Shown here: piece after piece, positions 36,201-48,200 of the stretch
Layout of the letters: each line of letters opens with the position of its first letter
How positions within the stretch are numbered: the first letter of the stretch is position 1
NCBI GenBank assembly: GCA_002269645.1
Contig: NIVC01001300.1
Location: 186,001 to 250,000 of the forward strand
Direction: 5' to 3'
Source of the DNA: Macrostomum lignano
Taxonomy: Eukaryota
Length of the DNA stretch: 64,000 bases
Notes under the pieces: generated by a model
The model's input: the letters and a program-made list of their open reading frames with translations, nothing else
Told to the model about the DNA's origin: nothing
Database searches by the model: none
Program-made: the position numbers and the translations under genes

Positions 36201-39200
36201 ACAGAATCCCACGGCGAGCCGATTGGCAGTTCTCCGAGCGGCGCGCTGGTCCGCGAGCCCGCTTTCTTCTCCTGACAGACAGAACAACTCTGGCAGTGTT
36301 GCACGATGTCTTCAGCCATGCCGGGCCAGTAGGCAGTCAGTTTCAGTGTGCGGTAGCATTTCTCGGCTCCGAAATGACCTCCCAGACCTTCGTGAGTGTT
36401 GGTCAAGAACTGTTGTCGAAGCCGCGCTGGCACCACTGGAACCTCCCGCAGGCCGTCCGGGTCATTGAACTTGCGCAGTAGAACACCGTCATCATCCAGC
36501 TTCAGCTTCTTCCAGATTCTGCCGAGTTGCTGCAGTGGTCCTGCTCGCCATCTGGGTGCAATTTCTGCGTCCTTGTCCATCGCCTGAATCACCTGGCTGA
36601 GCTCCGAGTCATGTCGCTGCGCAGTTTTGAGCTCTTCAGTGTCGATTTCCGGAGTCAGCTGCGTAGCTGCGACTTCTTGGCCGTGCAGTCTGGACAGCGC
36701 GTCAGCATCTGTGTTCTCAACGCCTCTTCGGTACTTGACGGTGAAGTCAAACTCTTGAAGCAGCAGACGCCATCGTTCTAGCCTGCCGTAGCTGTCAACT
36801 CTCTGTGAATCGATGTAGGTGAGCGGGCAGTGATCCGTGTGCACCGTGAAATGCTTGCCGAGAAGATAGTGGCGAAAAACTTTGAATGCGTGCAAGATGG
36901 CCAGGCACTCCTTTTCTGTTGCAGAGTATTTCTTCTCAGCTGAATTGAATGCGCGGCTTGAGAACTCGATGACCGCCTCGCCTTGCTTCAGAACTGCACC
37001 GACTCCGCTGCCACTGGCATCCGTGAAGACTGAGAACTCCTTAGTGAAATCCGGGTTCACCAGGATCGGAGGACTAATTAGGCACCTTTTGAGCTCGTCG
37101 AAGGCCGTCTGGCATTCCGAAGTCCAGTCAAATGGGACGCCCTTGCCAGTCAGATGGTGCAGCGGTGCGGCGATGGCAGCGAAGTTGGCTACATGGCGTC
37201 AGTATTGGTTGCACAGGCCGATAAACTGACGCACCTCCTTGGCTGACCTCGGCTCTCTCCACTGCTGAATTGCCTCCAGCTTCTCCTGGCTGGGCTGGAC
37301 ACCATCCTTTGAATACCGTGTGCCGAGAAAGGTCACTTCGGGTACCGCGATCTTGCACTTGGAGCCTCTTAATGTCAGTCCGGCTGCTCGAAGTCGCTCG
37401 AAGGTCTCTCGAAGTTGCCGCAGATGATCCGACTTGGTCTTTGAGAAGCAGAGGCTGTCATCGAAGAACGTGAAGACGAAATCGCAGCCGTTGAAAACTT
37501 TTGACATTAGCATGCAGAATGTGCTTGGGCCCCCCGACAGACCTTGGGGCATTCTCTTAAATTGGTACAGCGGCATCCCTGGTCCCGGACAGAAAGCAGT
37601 TTTTAGCTTGTCTTCTTCTGCCATCGGAATTTGAAAATAGCCTCCGTCGTCGGTAGTCGGCAACTCGAACTCTTCACAGCTGAACTCGGGGACGAGTGCG
37701 TCTTCGATGTCAACTGGATCGTCGGTGTCAGCCTGGAATCTGGTGCTGCAGACTTGGCCGGCTTCTTGTGAAGATCCTGTGAAGTCCAGTTGCAAATTAT
37801 GCTTGCCGATGAAGTCGACTCCAACAATGACAGGGCAGACCAAACTTGACACAACGAAAAACAATTGCCGGGCTGTCACTCCACCGACTGTAAGTGGCAA
37901 TTCGATTTGCCGTTCTATGCTAATTGGCTGCTTGTTCACTGAATGAAGTTGCACTCTGGCTGCAGTTGCCTGTCTGAGCTGGGATTTTGTTAGGATGCTG
38001 GACTCAACTAGTGAGCACTGGCTTCCGGTGTCTAACAGCGCCTTCACACTTCTGCCATCAAGCTTGCACTCACACTGCGATAGTCGGTCGGGCGCGACGC
38101 TGCATCCGTCGAAGATCCCGCCGACTGTGAGCGCCGGCCTTGAAGCCGCTGCTGCTGGGCCCGCAGTTACTGCTGGCCGGGGTTGCGGGCCCGCACACCC
38201 CAGCCTCTGGCGTTTCCCGGCTGTCGCCTGCTGTAGCAATCTCTGGCAATGTGGCCGGCCTTGTGGCAGTTGTAGCAGATGATGTCAGACTTCGAACGGT
38301 GCTGAGGTCTCGTTGTGCTGCTCGTCCTCACTCCACAGGCTGCCAGCTGCTGCAGCTGGGAACTCAGGGTGCTCACCGATGCCTGCAGACTCTGCACAGT
38401 GTCCCGCAGCTCCTGAACTTCGCTGGATTGGCTCGACTGAGGTTGCACCGCTGCTGCTGGGATACTTGGCGAGCTGTGCTGCATCAGTAGCTGGGCCTTT
38501 TGAAGAGCTTGCTCTGAGGTCTTAACGCTGGAGTCCGCGCGAATCTGCCAGCTCACGGATTCGGGAAGGCCACAGACGAACTGATGGAACAGCAGAGCCT
38601 CTTGAGCATCTTTGTTGTCCACGGAGGAGCTTTTGAGCATCTTCTTTAACTCGTAAAGATACATGCGTGGAGTCTCATTTGACAAAATCTTCCTTGATTT
38701 GAACGCCTCCATGACGGCGAAGTGCTCGCGGTTCGGGTGGAATGCATCATCCAATGCCTGGACTACTTTGTCGTAGTCTGCCTGATCTCCTGCCGACAGT
38801 TCCAAATAAACGACGAGAGCCTCGCCATCCAAAAATGTGGCCAGTCGCTCCGCTTTGCACGTGTCCCACTTGTTGACTTTTGCGCATACATTGAAACGCT
38901 GCAGCCATTCCTTAAAGTTGCCGGTACTGAAAACTCTGGGCAGCACTGCACTGGCGGTCAAACCTTTCTCAGCCATTCTAGAATAATTTGCTCTGCTACC
39001 AGTTGTAGACTAAGGCAGAGAGATACAACTGAGAGTTGACGAAGCCTCTTGGCGTTTATTAGATCGATACGCAGGTTAAATACGATACAACGATTGTTAC
39101 ATAACTGGGTATAAAAGATAGAGACAGGGGTGGGTGAAAAGCACGTACATGCTGTACAATAGCAACCCCCACCCCGCTCTAGCGACTGGCGCATACAAGT

Positions 39201-40832
39201 ACACTTGCAGCTCGCTGCAAAGTCAGTATTTGTTTCAATCTTTTCAGATCGATCACTCTGGCCGTCTGTCCGCCCAGTTACTGCACGGCAACGGCTCCCT
39301 CATCGCAGCGCTGACGTCCTCAGACTCGGTGGCCACCGGCAGCTTCGTCTCCGTGAAGATCTCCGTGTCTATATCGGGTCGCTCGCTGTCGCTGTCAGTG
39401 TCATCTTCAGTCAGTTCTGCATCGCTGAGCAGTGCGAGTCCGCTGCCGCAGCTGTCAGGCCAGCTCATCATCGGCGGCTTCAGTGGCGCATCACCGCCAA
39501 GCACCGGCGGCAGATCAAAGCGATCTCTGCCTGTTTTTCCAGCCAGCATCTGGGCTGCGATGCCTTCAGGCGTGACTGGATTTCGGGGAATAATTTCCCA
39601 TCCGAGATTGAATGAGGCTAGGCCACTGATTTTGAGTTCTTCCCCATTTTACCTTGCTCTGTCAGGAGCAGTGGCAGCCAGTGAGTCTTCAGGTGTCGTC
39701 TTGAGCTCGTCGCTTGATATTTGTGAGGTATATTTGCCATGCAGAAACGGAGGAACGTGCACGTCGTCAAAGGCTTCGTGAGTATTTTTTGCTAATTATG
39801 GCATTATTAAATAATACTTAGGTTTGAATGCAATCAGACTTTTTTTCAGTTGCGTGTGCCACCCCGGCTATTCTGGAACGGACTGCTCAGTTGACAACTC
39901 AGAATGCAGCCCGAATCCGTGCGGTAGCGACGAAGTGTGTTTAGAGAGAAGCCACTCAGCAAATTATAACCATGAAACTCTTCCGTGGCCATTTAACGGG
40001 TCATTCAAGTACAAAACAGCTGATGGGTATCTGTGTTTGAAATCGCATGGTAGGTTTCGCACTAAGTTTATCCTGCGTACAGTTTTTAAGACGATTCATT
40101 TTATCTTAAGCCCGCACATCGTATTTTAGCTTCATCAGAATGTTCAACTGGTTTTGTCGGCTCAATTGGTTTCTATTCAATCTTGGTTGTGGTCAGTGTA
40201 ACACTGTCTTCGGCTTTTACGTGTGGCATTGTTATTTTCATTGTTCGATATCGATCGGTAAGTTGTAGTGGCATGTATGTTTATTGATTGGTATGAATTA
40301 CGGGTGTAGGTCTACGAGCTACATAGTTTGAGTAACAATCCTGAGTTTTTTTGTTAAAATTTTAGAGGAGTCAGTTGCAGGGTAAAGGTTCCTTCACAAG
40401 CAGTGCGCCATCTCCGCCACAAGAAGATTTTGTTCAGGTAAGCTTCTTTTTCTTAGTAGTGCTTTGTTATGATCGTTTAGTACTGTTCTGTTTATTATTA
40501 AATTTGTATTCTATGATTCGTTAATTCCTAGGGTAAATGCACGCCGGAACCTGACACAGAGGACGAAACTCCTTACACCTTTGCTGATTATGACCGCATT
40601 CGGATGCATGTAAGATATTTCCCTTTGAACGATAAGGCGGTTCTGCTGCATTGCTAAAAATATCACTTGGATATGAATTCTAATTGCACTGCAGCAGCTC
40701 AGTGTTGGAGGTCAGCCGACCGAAGCGGCAGAATCGCCTTATGCTGGTGTATATGAAACGTCGACCGATGACCACACCTACGATAATTTGAGTAACAATT
40801 CAGCCAAGTTCAGTTCATTCCAACTCGCGTGA
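24271..40832 (+). CDS. Gene C: Crumbs-like ectodomain (about 17 EGF, 2 LamG-like, truncated terminal EGF) + TM + about 95-aa Tyr-rich tail
   Basis: Phase-consistent exons 24271-24364, 26239-26526, 27449-27641, 28249-28476, 29836-30180, 33045-33484, 33563-34848, 39248-39777, 39850-40049, 40130-40257 (TM), 40366-40437, 40532-40609, 40695-40832 (ends HTYDNLSNNSAKFSSFQLA*). Requires splicing across the LTR element. Confidence 0.82.
24530..25710. repeat. 21-bp minisatellite (aaaatgagtgcccttgttgct) in intron 1 of gene C
   Basis: Highly homogeneous tandem array; source of the AKMSALV ORF. Confidence 0.97.
26889..27185. repeat. Degenerate GAPTSET-type 21-bp array in intron 2 of gene C
   Basis: Same unit and position as in A and B. 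Confidence 0.9.
27655..27960 (-). mobile_element. 5'-truncated LINE 3' end
   Basis: Similar to 52620-52880 plus 54372-54500 ([30 protein letters not shown]; shared end ccccctgcagct-agt-aag). Confidence 0.8.
28728..28805 (+). pseudogene. Orphan half-copy of an EGF exon (CSVDTDYCLSGPCQNGGVCSDGNST)
   Basis: Near-identical to the 3' part of exon 28249-28476; no in-phase acceptor seen. Confidence 0.7.
30922..30975 (+). mobile_element. hAT-like MITE terminus
   Basis: caggggtcggcaacct...gcggcccgcg resembles hAT/Charlie-type ends; partner end not identified. Confidence 0.4.
31091..32679. repeat. Identical 86-bp direct repeats (31091-31176, 32594-32679) flanking 1417 bp
   Basis: Base-for-base match; the interior has three tandem 28-29-bp units at about 31268-31350. 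Confidence 0.85.
35264..38239 (-). pseudogene. pol: Retrotransposon Pol, disrupted
   Basis: Protease LDTGS; RT lacks its N-terminal part (ELPTTD joined to GYFQI); FFDD; TGA at 37199-37201 where Arg is expected; RNase H DASG; integrase HHCC and D,D,E region intact. Confidence 0.88.
38167..38976 (-). CDS. gag: Retrotransposon Gag, 269 aa
   Basis: Starts just after the PBS; CCHC knuckle CYNCHKAGHIARDC. Confidence 0.88.
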   Translation of the reverse strand: MAEKGLTASAVLPRVFSTGNFKEWLQRFNVCAKVNKWDTCKAERLATFLDGEALVVYLELSAGDQADYDKVVQALDDAFHPNREHFAVMEAFKSRKILSNETPRMYLYELKKMLKSSSVDNKDAQEALLFHQFVCGLPESVSWQIRADSSVKTSEQALQKAQLLMQHSSPSIPAAAVQPQSSQSSEVQELRDTVQSLQASVSTLSSQLQQLAACGVRTSSTTRPQHRSKSDIICYNCHKAGHIARDCYSRRQPGNARGWGVRARNPGQQ

Positions 40833-43089
40833 AAAAATACCGTGTGATATATGAAACAAACCAACATCTGATAATCTCTTAGTTTTTGTTTAAAACAAAT
40901 TTTTCATGCAATCATATGGTTTTAATTCTATAGCGGGGCAGCCGATTGACTCTTGCGACACAACGCCACAGCTAGTTCGGTTCCATGCGCAGTTTATTTA
41001 TATGTGCTGGTGCTTTGTCATCCGATTCATATACCCATGAGAGTGGCTTTACACCCTGTGTGAGCGTGTGAGCGAGTGCGTGCTTGCGTAAAGTATTGGC
41101 GCGCTTGTACATGAATGTGCTCAGGAGTCAGCGGAGTGGGTAGAATTGCCTCAACACTTGCTGTGGGATGATGTCTGCAAACATATATTTTTTTACGTTA
41201 CGGATACAAAGCACTGCATCTCACACTACACTCGGAATTATGAATCCGCTCGCGAGAAAAGTTATTCGTCTTTTTTAAAGCTCTAATCAAGAACTGTTGT
41301 TAAAGCTATATTTTGAATATTTCAACGTTGCGAACCAAAAAAATCGTATTGATCAGCGGCTGCTCTAACCGTATCAATGTTTTTAATCTAGATTGTTTAA
41401 TCTATTTTTTTACTTTTCCGCTTTTTACCTTTTAACTCAATGTATTCAAATATTATTCCCGATAAGTTTTTTGTATTTAAGCTTTTACTCTAGAAATCAA
41501 CAAAAGGTCAATTATTTTGACGTATTGATTGGTACATTAAGAGTAGTATCATTAATACGTTTGTGTGTGCTTTTTAATTGATCAATGCTCATTAGTTGGA
41601 TCAATGCTGATCTGTTTACATTTTTATAAATTTTTATATATTTTTGATGTACTGATCGTCCTAGCGAGATCAATCAAGATCGTCCTTCTTTATTGCCCGC
41701 AGAAATGCTGGTTTAAAAAATAAAAAAAGAATTAAGGACACCACCAATATTCAAGGGTAAACCCATCGCGTTTTGATACAAGCTCTCATCTTCAAGGCTT
41801 ACACGTCACCACGCATCAGAACAGTATATTTTTTTAATTAGTCGAAAACTGCACTGGGCAGTTGAAAGTTCGGTTTCAGTCTATCCGTTAAATGTACATT
41901 ACAATTTTCGGCGATGAAAACAGAGTAGACGACCTACTACAACATTTTAAGTATACTGATTTATTTTGGAAATCGCTCAATTGTCAAATCTTATGGGGAT
42001 GTTGCCGAAATGCTTGACTCATTGGGGTTGCCGATTTGCTTTCAACCAACGCTCATGAGGATCTGATATCTTAGGCTAGCTGGCTTTCAGGACGGGAGGT
42101 TGTTTGCTTTAAAAATCATCAATGTAGTTTATTCAACGTTGTGGCGGCCAGACTGTACGCGACCGGCAGCACCAGTGCAGCCGCACTGGAAACCCCCCAA
42201 CCTCTGTCTAGCTGAGGTGGGGTGGTTGCGCACCGCACTAGCCGGCTCGCTAAGCCAGGGGGTTGGCGTAGCCAATCACGCCACGCCACCTTTTTCGCAC
42301 CTCCCTTGGCTTGGCCCCTCAATCTGGCGTTGTTTGTAAATATATAAATACACGCGCAAAGCAGCACAAACTCTTCGCTGCCATTCCATCTATTGAAACA
42401 AAAAGACCTTCCGCCTCAACGTTTCATTTCTTTCTTTGATTGCAAGTTAAACATACTGATTTGCTGTTTGGTGTGGTGTAAGCCCTGACGATAACCGTTT
42501 TTGTCAAAGCGCATCGGCTTTTAACTTTAAATGCTATTGAGGCACTGAAGGTTGATGCCCTTCATTATTTTTTTCTTCAGTTGTGAAAGAGCTTGTTCTC
42601 TTAAATATATATTTTTAGCATAGGTACCCTACTGTATTTGTTCAATTTTGTTATGATACGGACAGTTCAAGAGTCAGACTATTTTTGTTAGCATAATGAT
42701 CGATAGGTGAGAGTAAATTCTTAGTAAGTTTAATAAAATTACATCGATTTTTGCGTATTTTTACATTTCAGCTAAGAACCGATTAAAATGACGACCTTCT
42801 TTACGACCTTCTGGATACTGGCGAATGTAGAAGAATTTTCTTGCAAAAAGCATTTGCATCAAATATGTGGTTAAATGGACATTGGCTAAATGGAAAATTT
42901 GGGTTTCAAATTATTTATTTGAAATCATTTATTTTCACAAGTTTTTAATTAGCAGTTTAATTAGCAGGGATATAATTAGAATCAGTATGTCCGATCACTT
43001 TGTAAAGGTGTCTTGAGGAATACGGAGGGGCTTGGCAGGGTACATATATTTTAGAAGAAATCATGGGTATGTGGAAGGCACAGAGATAT

Positions 43090-43330
43090 GAGGAGGACAA
43101 ATAAGGTATGGGGAAGGCACATGGGGTATGGGGAGGGCATATGGGGTGTGGGGAATTCACATTGGGTATGGGGAGGGCACATGGAGTATGGGGAGGGCAT
43201 ATGGTGTGTGGGGAATTCACATTGGGTATGGGGAGGGCACATGGAGTATATGGAGGGCATAGGGGTATGGGGAAGGGAAATGGGGTATGGGGAGGGCACA
43301 TGGGGTTTAGGAAGGGCACATGGATACATT
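43090..43330. repeat. G-rich degenerate tandem repeat (gggtatggggagggcacat)
   Basis: Repeated G-run units with a longer super-period. Confidence 0.8.
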
Positions 43331-45273
43331 ACGGGGTATAACACTAAGCAAAGGTGTTACTTTTAAAGTAAATAACCATTGGGAGGGCGAATATAGACGT
43401 TCTGATAAAAGTTAATGCATACCTTTTTGTTTTGCTGAAATTTTGAGCTTGTGAAAGTTTCGGCGTTGTAAAACATGCTAATTTATTTTAGACGATGTAA
43501 TTAATTGTAGGCCGATACGAGCGTATCTTGTAAGTTTAAGCCCTTTATTCATTTGACACAAACTTTTGTTTTGCCATCTCATTTGTTCTCGCTTATTGAT
43601 TGGTTTTAAGTATTCCATTTTCATGCTTTCAAGTAAAGGAATGCTCAAGCAATAGTTTAATTTTCTTTCATGTGGCAGACAGCTCAAACTTTCTATTCAA
43701 AATGACACAGTAGGTCCGTCCATAATTGAACTTCATTATTGATTTACGAGTACAAAGAAGCTAAATGCCAATTCCTAGTCAAACACAGGAGTTCACTGTC
43801 TGTATTTTCAGAAATCATAAAACAGATTCTCACACCTGGAGGTATCCTTTTTTAATCTTCCAATTTCGTTTAGTATCGTCAAACCTTTTTAGAGAGCCAA
43901 AAGAAGACAACAGAGGGTCTGTTTGACTGGTTTCTTGCAAAGATGAAACTTTCTTGTGTATTGTCACTTGTTTGGTGATAGAAAATTCAGCTCAAGGATG
44001 GTACTCAGTTCACACATGTTTGTTGAATAATAAGCAGACTGTCATTATCGGTATTTGCTGTGTTGCCTGGATGACTGAGTCAGTGGTGACGTTTTACGTA
44101 TAGGTAATGCTTCTTTTCGATTCGATCTGGTGTTTAATGAAGGCGATAATCTTAGGGGAATCTTAGGGGAGCTGATGTTAGGCGTCAAGCGGTATTCATC
44201 CTACGGATGAGCGAGGAGAGATAGAGGATGGATAGAGGGAAAATAAGAGTGATTCCTGCTTAACTAAATACTTCAATTAATATTGTCGAATATCAAAAAA
44301 TCAGATTGGTGAAAAGTGTTCTGGGTGGAAACCGGGTTACTTCCTTGACTATATAATTTTATTTTTCTTCTAATCTTCTAATTTTTTTTCTCTAATTTGC
44401 AGATCCGTATTCAATCTTTCTCAAGACAGCAAGTAGCCTGTCGGCGTGAGAATGCGTTACCCAGTGACTATTTTTAGCAGAATAGGTAAACATCTTCATT
44501 AAAAAACTAGACAAGACACGCGTGTTTTTCAGGGGGAGGGACAGAGGGTCGTAGCAAGTTAACAATCTGAGACGCGATTCGCTCAAATATTCTCAGCGTC
44601 CGCCCCCTCTACAGCCTAGTTGTCTGTGCAAATGCCGCACCGTCTTTACCCCCCGTCTTTTGTTTTATCATTGTTGATGCTAAGATTGAGCTCAGGGTAA
44701 AAAACATAATTGCGCTCAACGCCCAATACATTTTTTCTAGCTTTTCTCGAGCAGCGCAGTATATATGATACTACTATAGCGTGTACGCGAGTACATTTAG
44801 TACAATGACGTACATTAACATTTCTATCGTAATGATACATGTACGTTTTTAGAGCTCGTATCCTTGCAGTTTAACTCAGACAAACTTGTTTCCCTGTTAG
44901 TGAGATTATTTTTGTATTTTTGTTTCGACATGTTTGGCAGGAAAGTTAGGTTGCAATGTATATAAATATTCACAAGAATTGTCTAAGTACATAATAAAAT
45001 TATTACTGGATTTGCTGCATATTGACCAGTGGATTTAGCTCCCTATACTTAAAAAACCATAAGCAACTTTGCGTGAAGTCTCTTCAGAACAGCAAAGTAA
45101 GTAAAAAACGTCCACGCTACGTGGTTTAAAAACCATTGCCTGAAATATTTTAGTGGATATTATAATATATTTATTATTATATGAATCATTCTCTAAAGTC
45201 ACCAAAGTTTAATATGAGAAACAAAAACATGTCCCTGTTCTATCAGACAGATCGAGTTTTCGATATTGGCGCT

Positions 45274-48200
45274 ATGAGGCAACTTCTACCAGCGAACAAT
45301 CAAGAGTTTTTTTGTCTGTTGTTGATCATAACAGCGGCTTCTGTTGTTGGGCAACATGCTGGTTAGTACAAAGCTAGTCTATCTAGATTTAATCTGTGTA
45401 AATTTTAGGTCGTAAGCTTCGAATTGGAGACATTGAATAGCCGAAGTTTATGCCTTTTTATCTATTTAGATTCGGAACCGAGTACAACGCCCTGCGGCAG
45501 TTTCGAGTGCATCAATGGTGAAGTCTGCAACGATACTGGTAACGACTCGTTCTGTTCCTGCCCATGGCCTTACTCTGGGGACGCGTGCAACATCACTGAT
45601 GACCACACTGAAGTGTTGCCTGTGATGGGTATCAATTCTCGTAATTGCTTTTTTAACTCTAGCTTACATAGGTCAATGATTAATTACGCAAAGTATTATT
45701 CAGTAGAAATGCTTTGCTACGTGGTTAAATAATACTATTTTATATATTAGTTCCAACAAAGTTAAAAAATTTAAATTTCTAGACGGACAAAGTTTAAAAG
45801 ATGTAGCTATCGCAGTTGGAATTGTCGGATTACTGGGCTGGATTATCTTAATCACACTTGTCGTTCTATTCGTCGTGCTGCTTAAAAAGGTACCACTGTA
45901 ATATTGGTTTGCAGAATATACAGTCCCGTAAATAAAAATCTTACCCAAGATACGGCTAACCAATATGAAAACCTTTAGGGCAAACTAATATGTCGGCAGT
46001 CTGTTGTCGAACGAAACAAAAGGCCAGATAGTACCGAGTTGGCTCTGAATGATGGACATCATTATATTGACGCGACTGCGTATTTAAACGCAGGAATTAA
46101 TACCGGCGATGAAGAATTGGGTGACATGAGCGGCACTAATGCGAGCTCCGTTGTTGTTGCTGAGCAGCAAATCGAATCGGTTCATGTAAGTTATTTTTAT
46201 CTTTGTTTTATTTTTGTCTCGAAGATGCTTGCAGATTATATCGGGTTCATATATCTAACTGTGGTAATTGACTCTACCCTAAAAGTGCGTCTTACTGGGT
46301 GTGTTCAACTCCGATCTGTGATAGTGCCCATGCGTGTATCACCTCTGAAATAAGTAGCTACGGATTAATTTTGACATTAAAATATTTTTTTAAAAAGCAA
46401 GTTTAACTATCAATTAATGTATATTTTGATTCTATAAACTAGGAACTTATCTTGACTTAGCTGCAGGACAGCTCCAAGTGGGACACAGCGGAAAGGCCCG
46501 GGCGCCCATTCCGGAAGGATAGAGTGTTGGCGCCGTCCAGGGAGGTCCCCCAGTTTCGCATGATCTGGTTTATATCTTCGAGTTTGCTCGATTCGGTAAT
46601 TGGTGTGTTTAGCCCGAGGTAAGTGAGTCTGGCCTGCATGACAGCGGAAGATATTAATTCGCGAACAAAAAATTTACATTATTTTTTACTGAACAAAGAC
46701 TGAAAACTCACTCATGCCCTTACAGCAGCAGGATTAGAACACCTGTTACACACTGCTTGCGCTGTAGTCTTTCAGAAAGGCTGCTTTAAACCTCACTGTG
46801 ACAGTTTTTTTGGAAAAAAAAGTGAAATGTTAGTCAATGTCAATGCCTATTGCTTTAAATAATTGGCTTAGGACATTGTCTGCAAGTTACGAGTAGGTAA
46901 AGCTGGTTGCGTTTCATGCAGATAAAAAACAGACTTCTAAGTGTTATCCTCGGGAAAGAAGTTTGAGATTTTATAGTGATACCTGTGTGTTACTGTTCAG
47001 GAGACACCTGTCCGAAATGAAGTTCAAGAAACACTTCATGCATCCGATGATCTGTCTGGTGAAGTGTACATTGTTCCGGATGACATAGACCAATCTACTG
47101 AGCAGCATGAGCAGCAAGCGACAGCAGATGACAAAGAAGACAATAAATCAAAAAAGCGATCCAAAGAGGAAAATCCTAAATCGAGCGCTAAAATGAGCTT
47201 AATAAGCAAGACCAGCTCCAAGCTACGCAAGCTATTGAAGACAACCCCAGCTGCAGCCGGTCAGTCAGCCTCTCAGGCTGGCACTTCTGGCCTCAAAAAT
47301 ACGGTTGAGGAAGCTGATCCGAATGCAACTGGAGAAGATCAGGTAAATTCTGCATTTGTTTTTAAGGCTCTAGGGAAATAGCTGTTTATAGCCATCCTAA
47401 GCGGGTTTAATGAACATCCAGTTATAAATGTTTGATATTCTCATGTACATCAGACTTGATTGACTGTTAAAGCTTCTGAACCTCGTATGAACTATTCGAC
47501 TCTTGGGCTGAACAAATCTTTTAAATATATTTTTAGGAGTATGAGCGTATCATATATAGTTTTAGAGTCCATGGTTCTACTATAGCTGTGTCTTCATCAA
47601 AAGAATCACTCACCTATCAATACTCAACGCTTGAATTTTAATCTCCGCTTTTCTCTACACTTGGTCAATTAATTTAAAAAAAACTGCAGGAAGAAAACCA
47701 AGCAGCGGATTTTGGCGGCAACTCAGGTGATGATTTCTACTGCGCACCGGATGCAAATCAGACACCGGATTCAGACCTAGTTGCCGATGGTGGTGAATCA
47801 GCTGATGACGTTTACGTTGCACCGGATGCACACCAGACTCCGGAACCAGTTGCAGAGCAGCAGCTGTCAGAAAACACAACTGCTTCTAACGTAAGTAGAA
47901 AAATAATGATGTCGATTTTTTCTCGTTCAGCAAATTTTTTTCGTCTCATACCCTGTGGGACAACTAAGTGGGGCGTACAGTGGGTGGTAGTCGGTAAATA
48001 TTCTTATTTCCGCTTTACAATGAATTATGATTAGATTTTTTCAATGAAAAATTGTGATTTTGTACTTCATAAAATTCAATTTTTATGAAGTACAGTTTGA
48101 AGTTGAGTTTCATAAAATTCAAGTTCGCATCAGACTACTTTTAGTACCGTAGAGCTGAGAGCCCCCCCTCGAGAAAAACTTTTTTTACGCTTTTAGAAAA

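Larger units (their letters stand above)
34898..39219 (-). mobile_element. Ty3/gypsy LTR retrotransposon, defective
   Basis: 216-bp TG..CA LTRs (34898-35113, 39004-39219) differing at 2 sites; TSD AAGT; PBS TGGTAGCAGAG (38991-39001, initiator tRNA-Met type); PPT ggggagga beside the 3' LTR; order gag-PR-RT-RH-IN. Confidence 0.96.

Noticed and set aside
35351-38951. Plus-strand ORFs within the LTR element
   Set aside because: Antisense shadows of the GC-rich gag/pol sequence.
24271-40832. Gene C as the Crumbs or Notch ortholog
   Set aside because: No ERLI/FERM tail and only two LamG-like domains; no LNR or ankyrin repeats. Gene symbol left empty.
43810-44000. Exon-like stretch ending MKLSCVLSLVW**KIQLKD|G
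   Set aside because: Could be a decayed leader exon, but it has two stops and no downstream EGF partner before gene E's own leader.
48061-48094. 14-bp-arm palindrome tgtacttcataaaa/ttttatgaagtaca
   Set aside because: Short, AT-rich and intronic; no function supportable.
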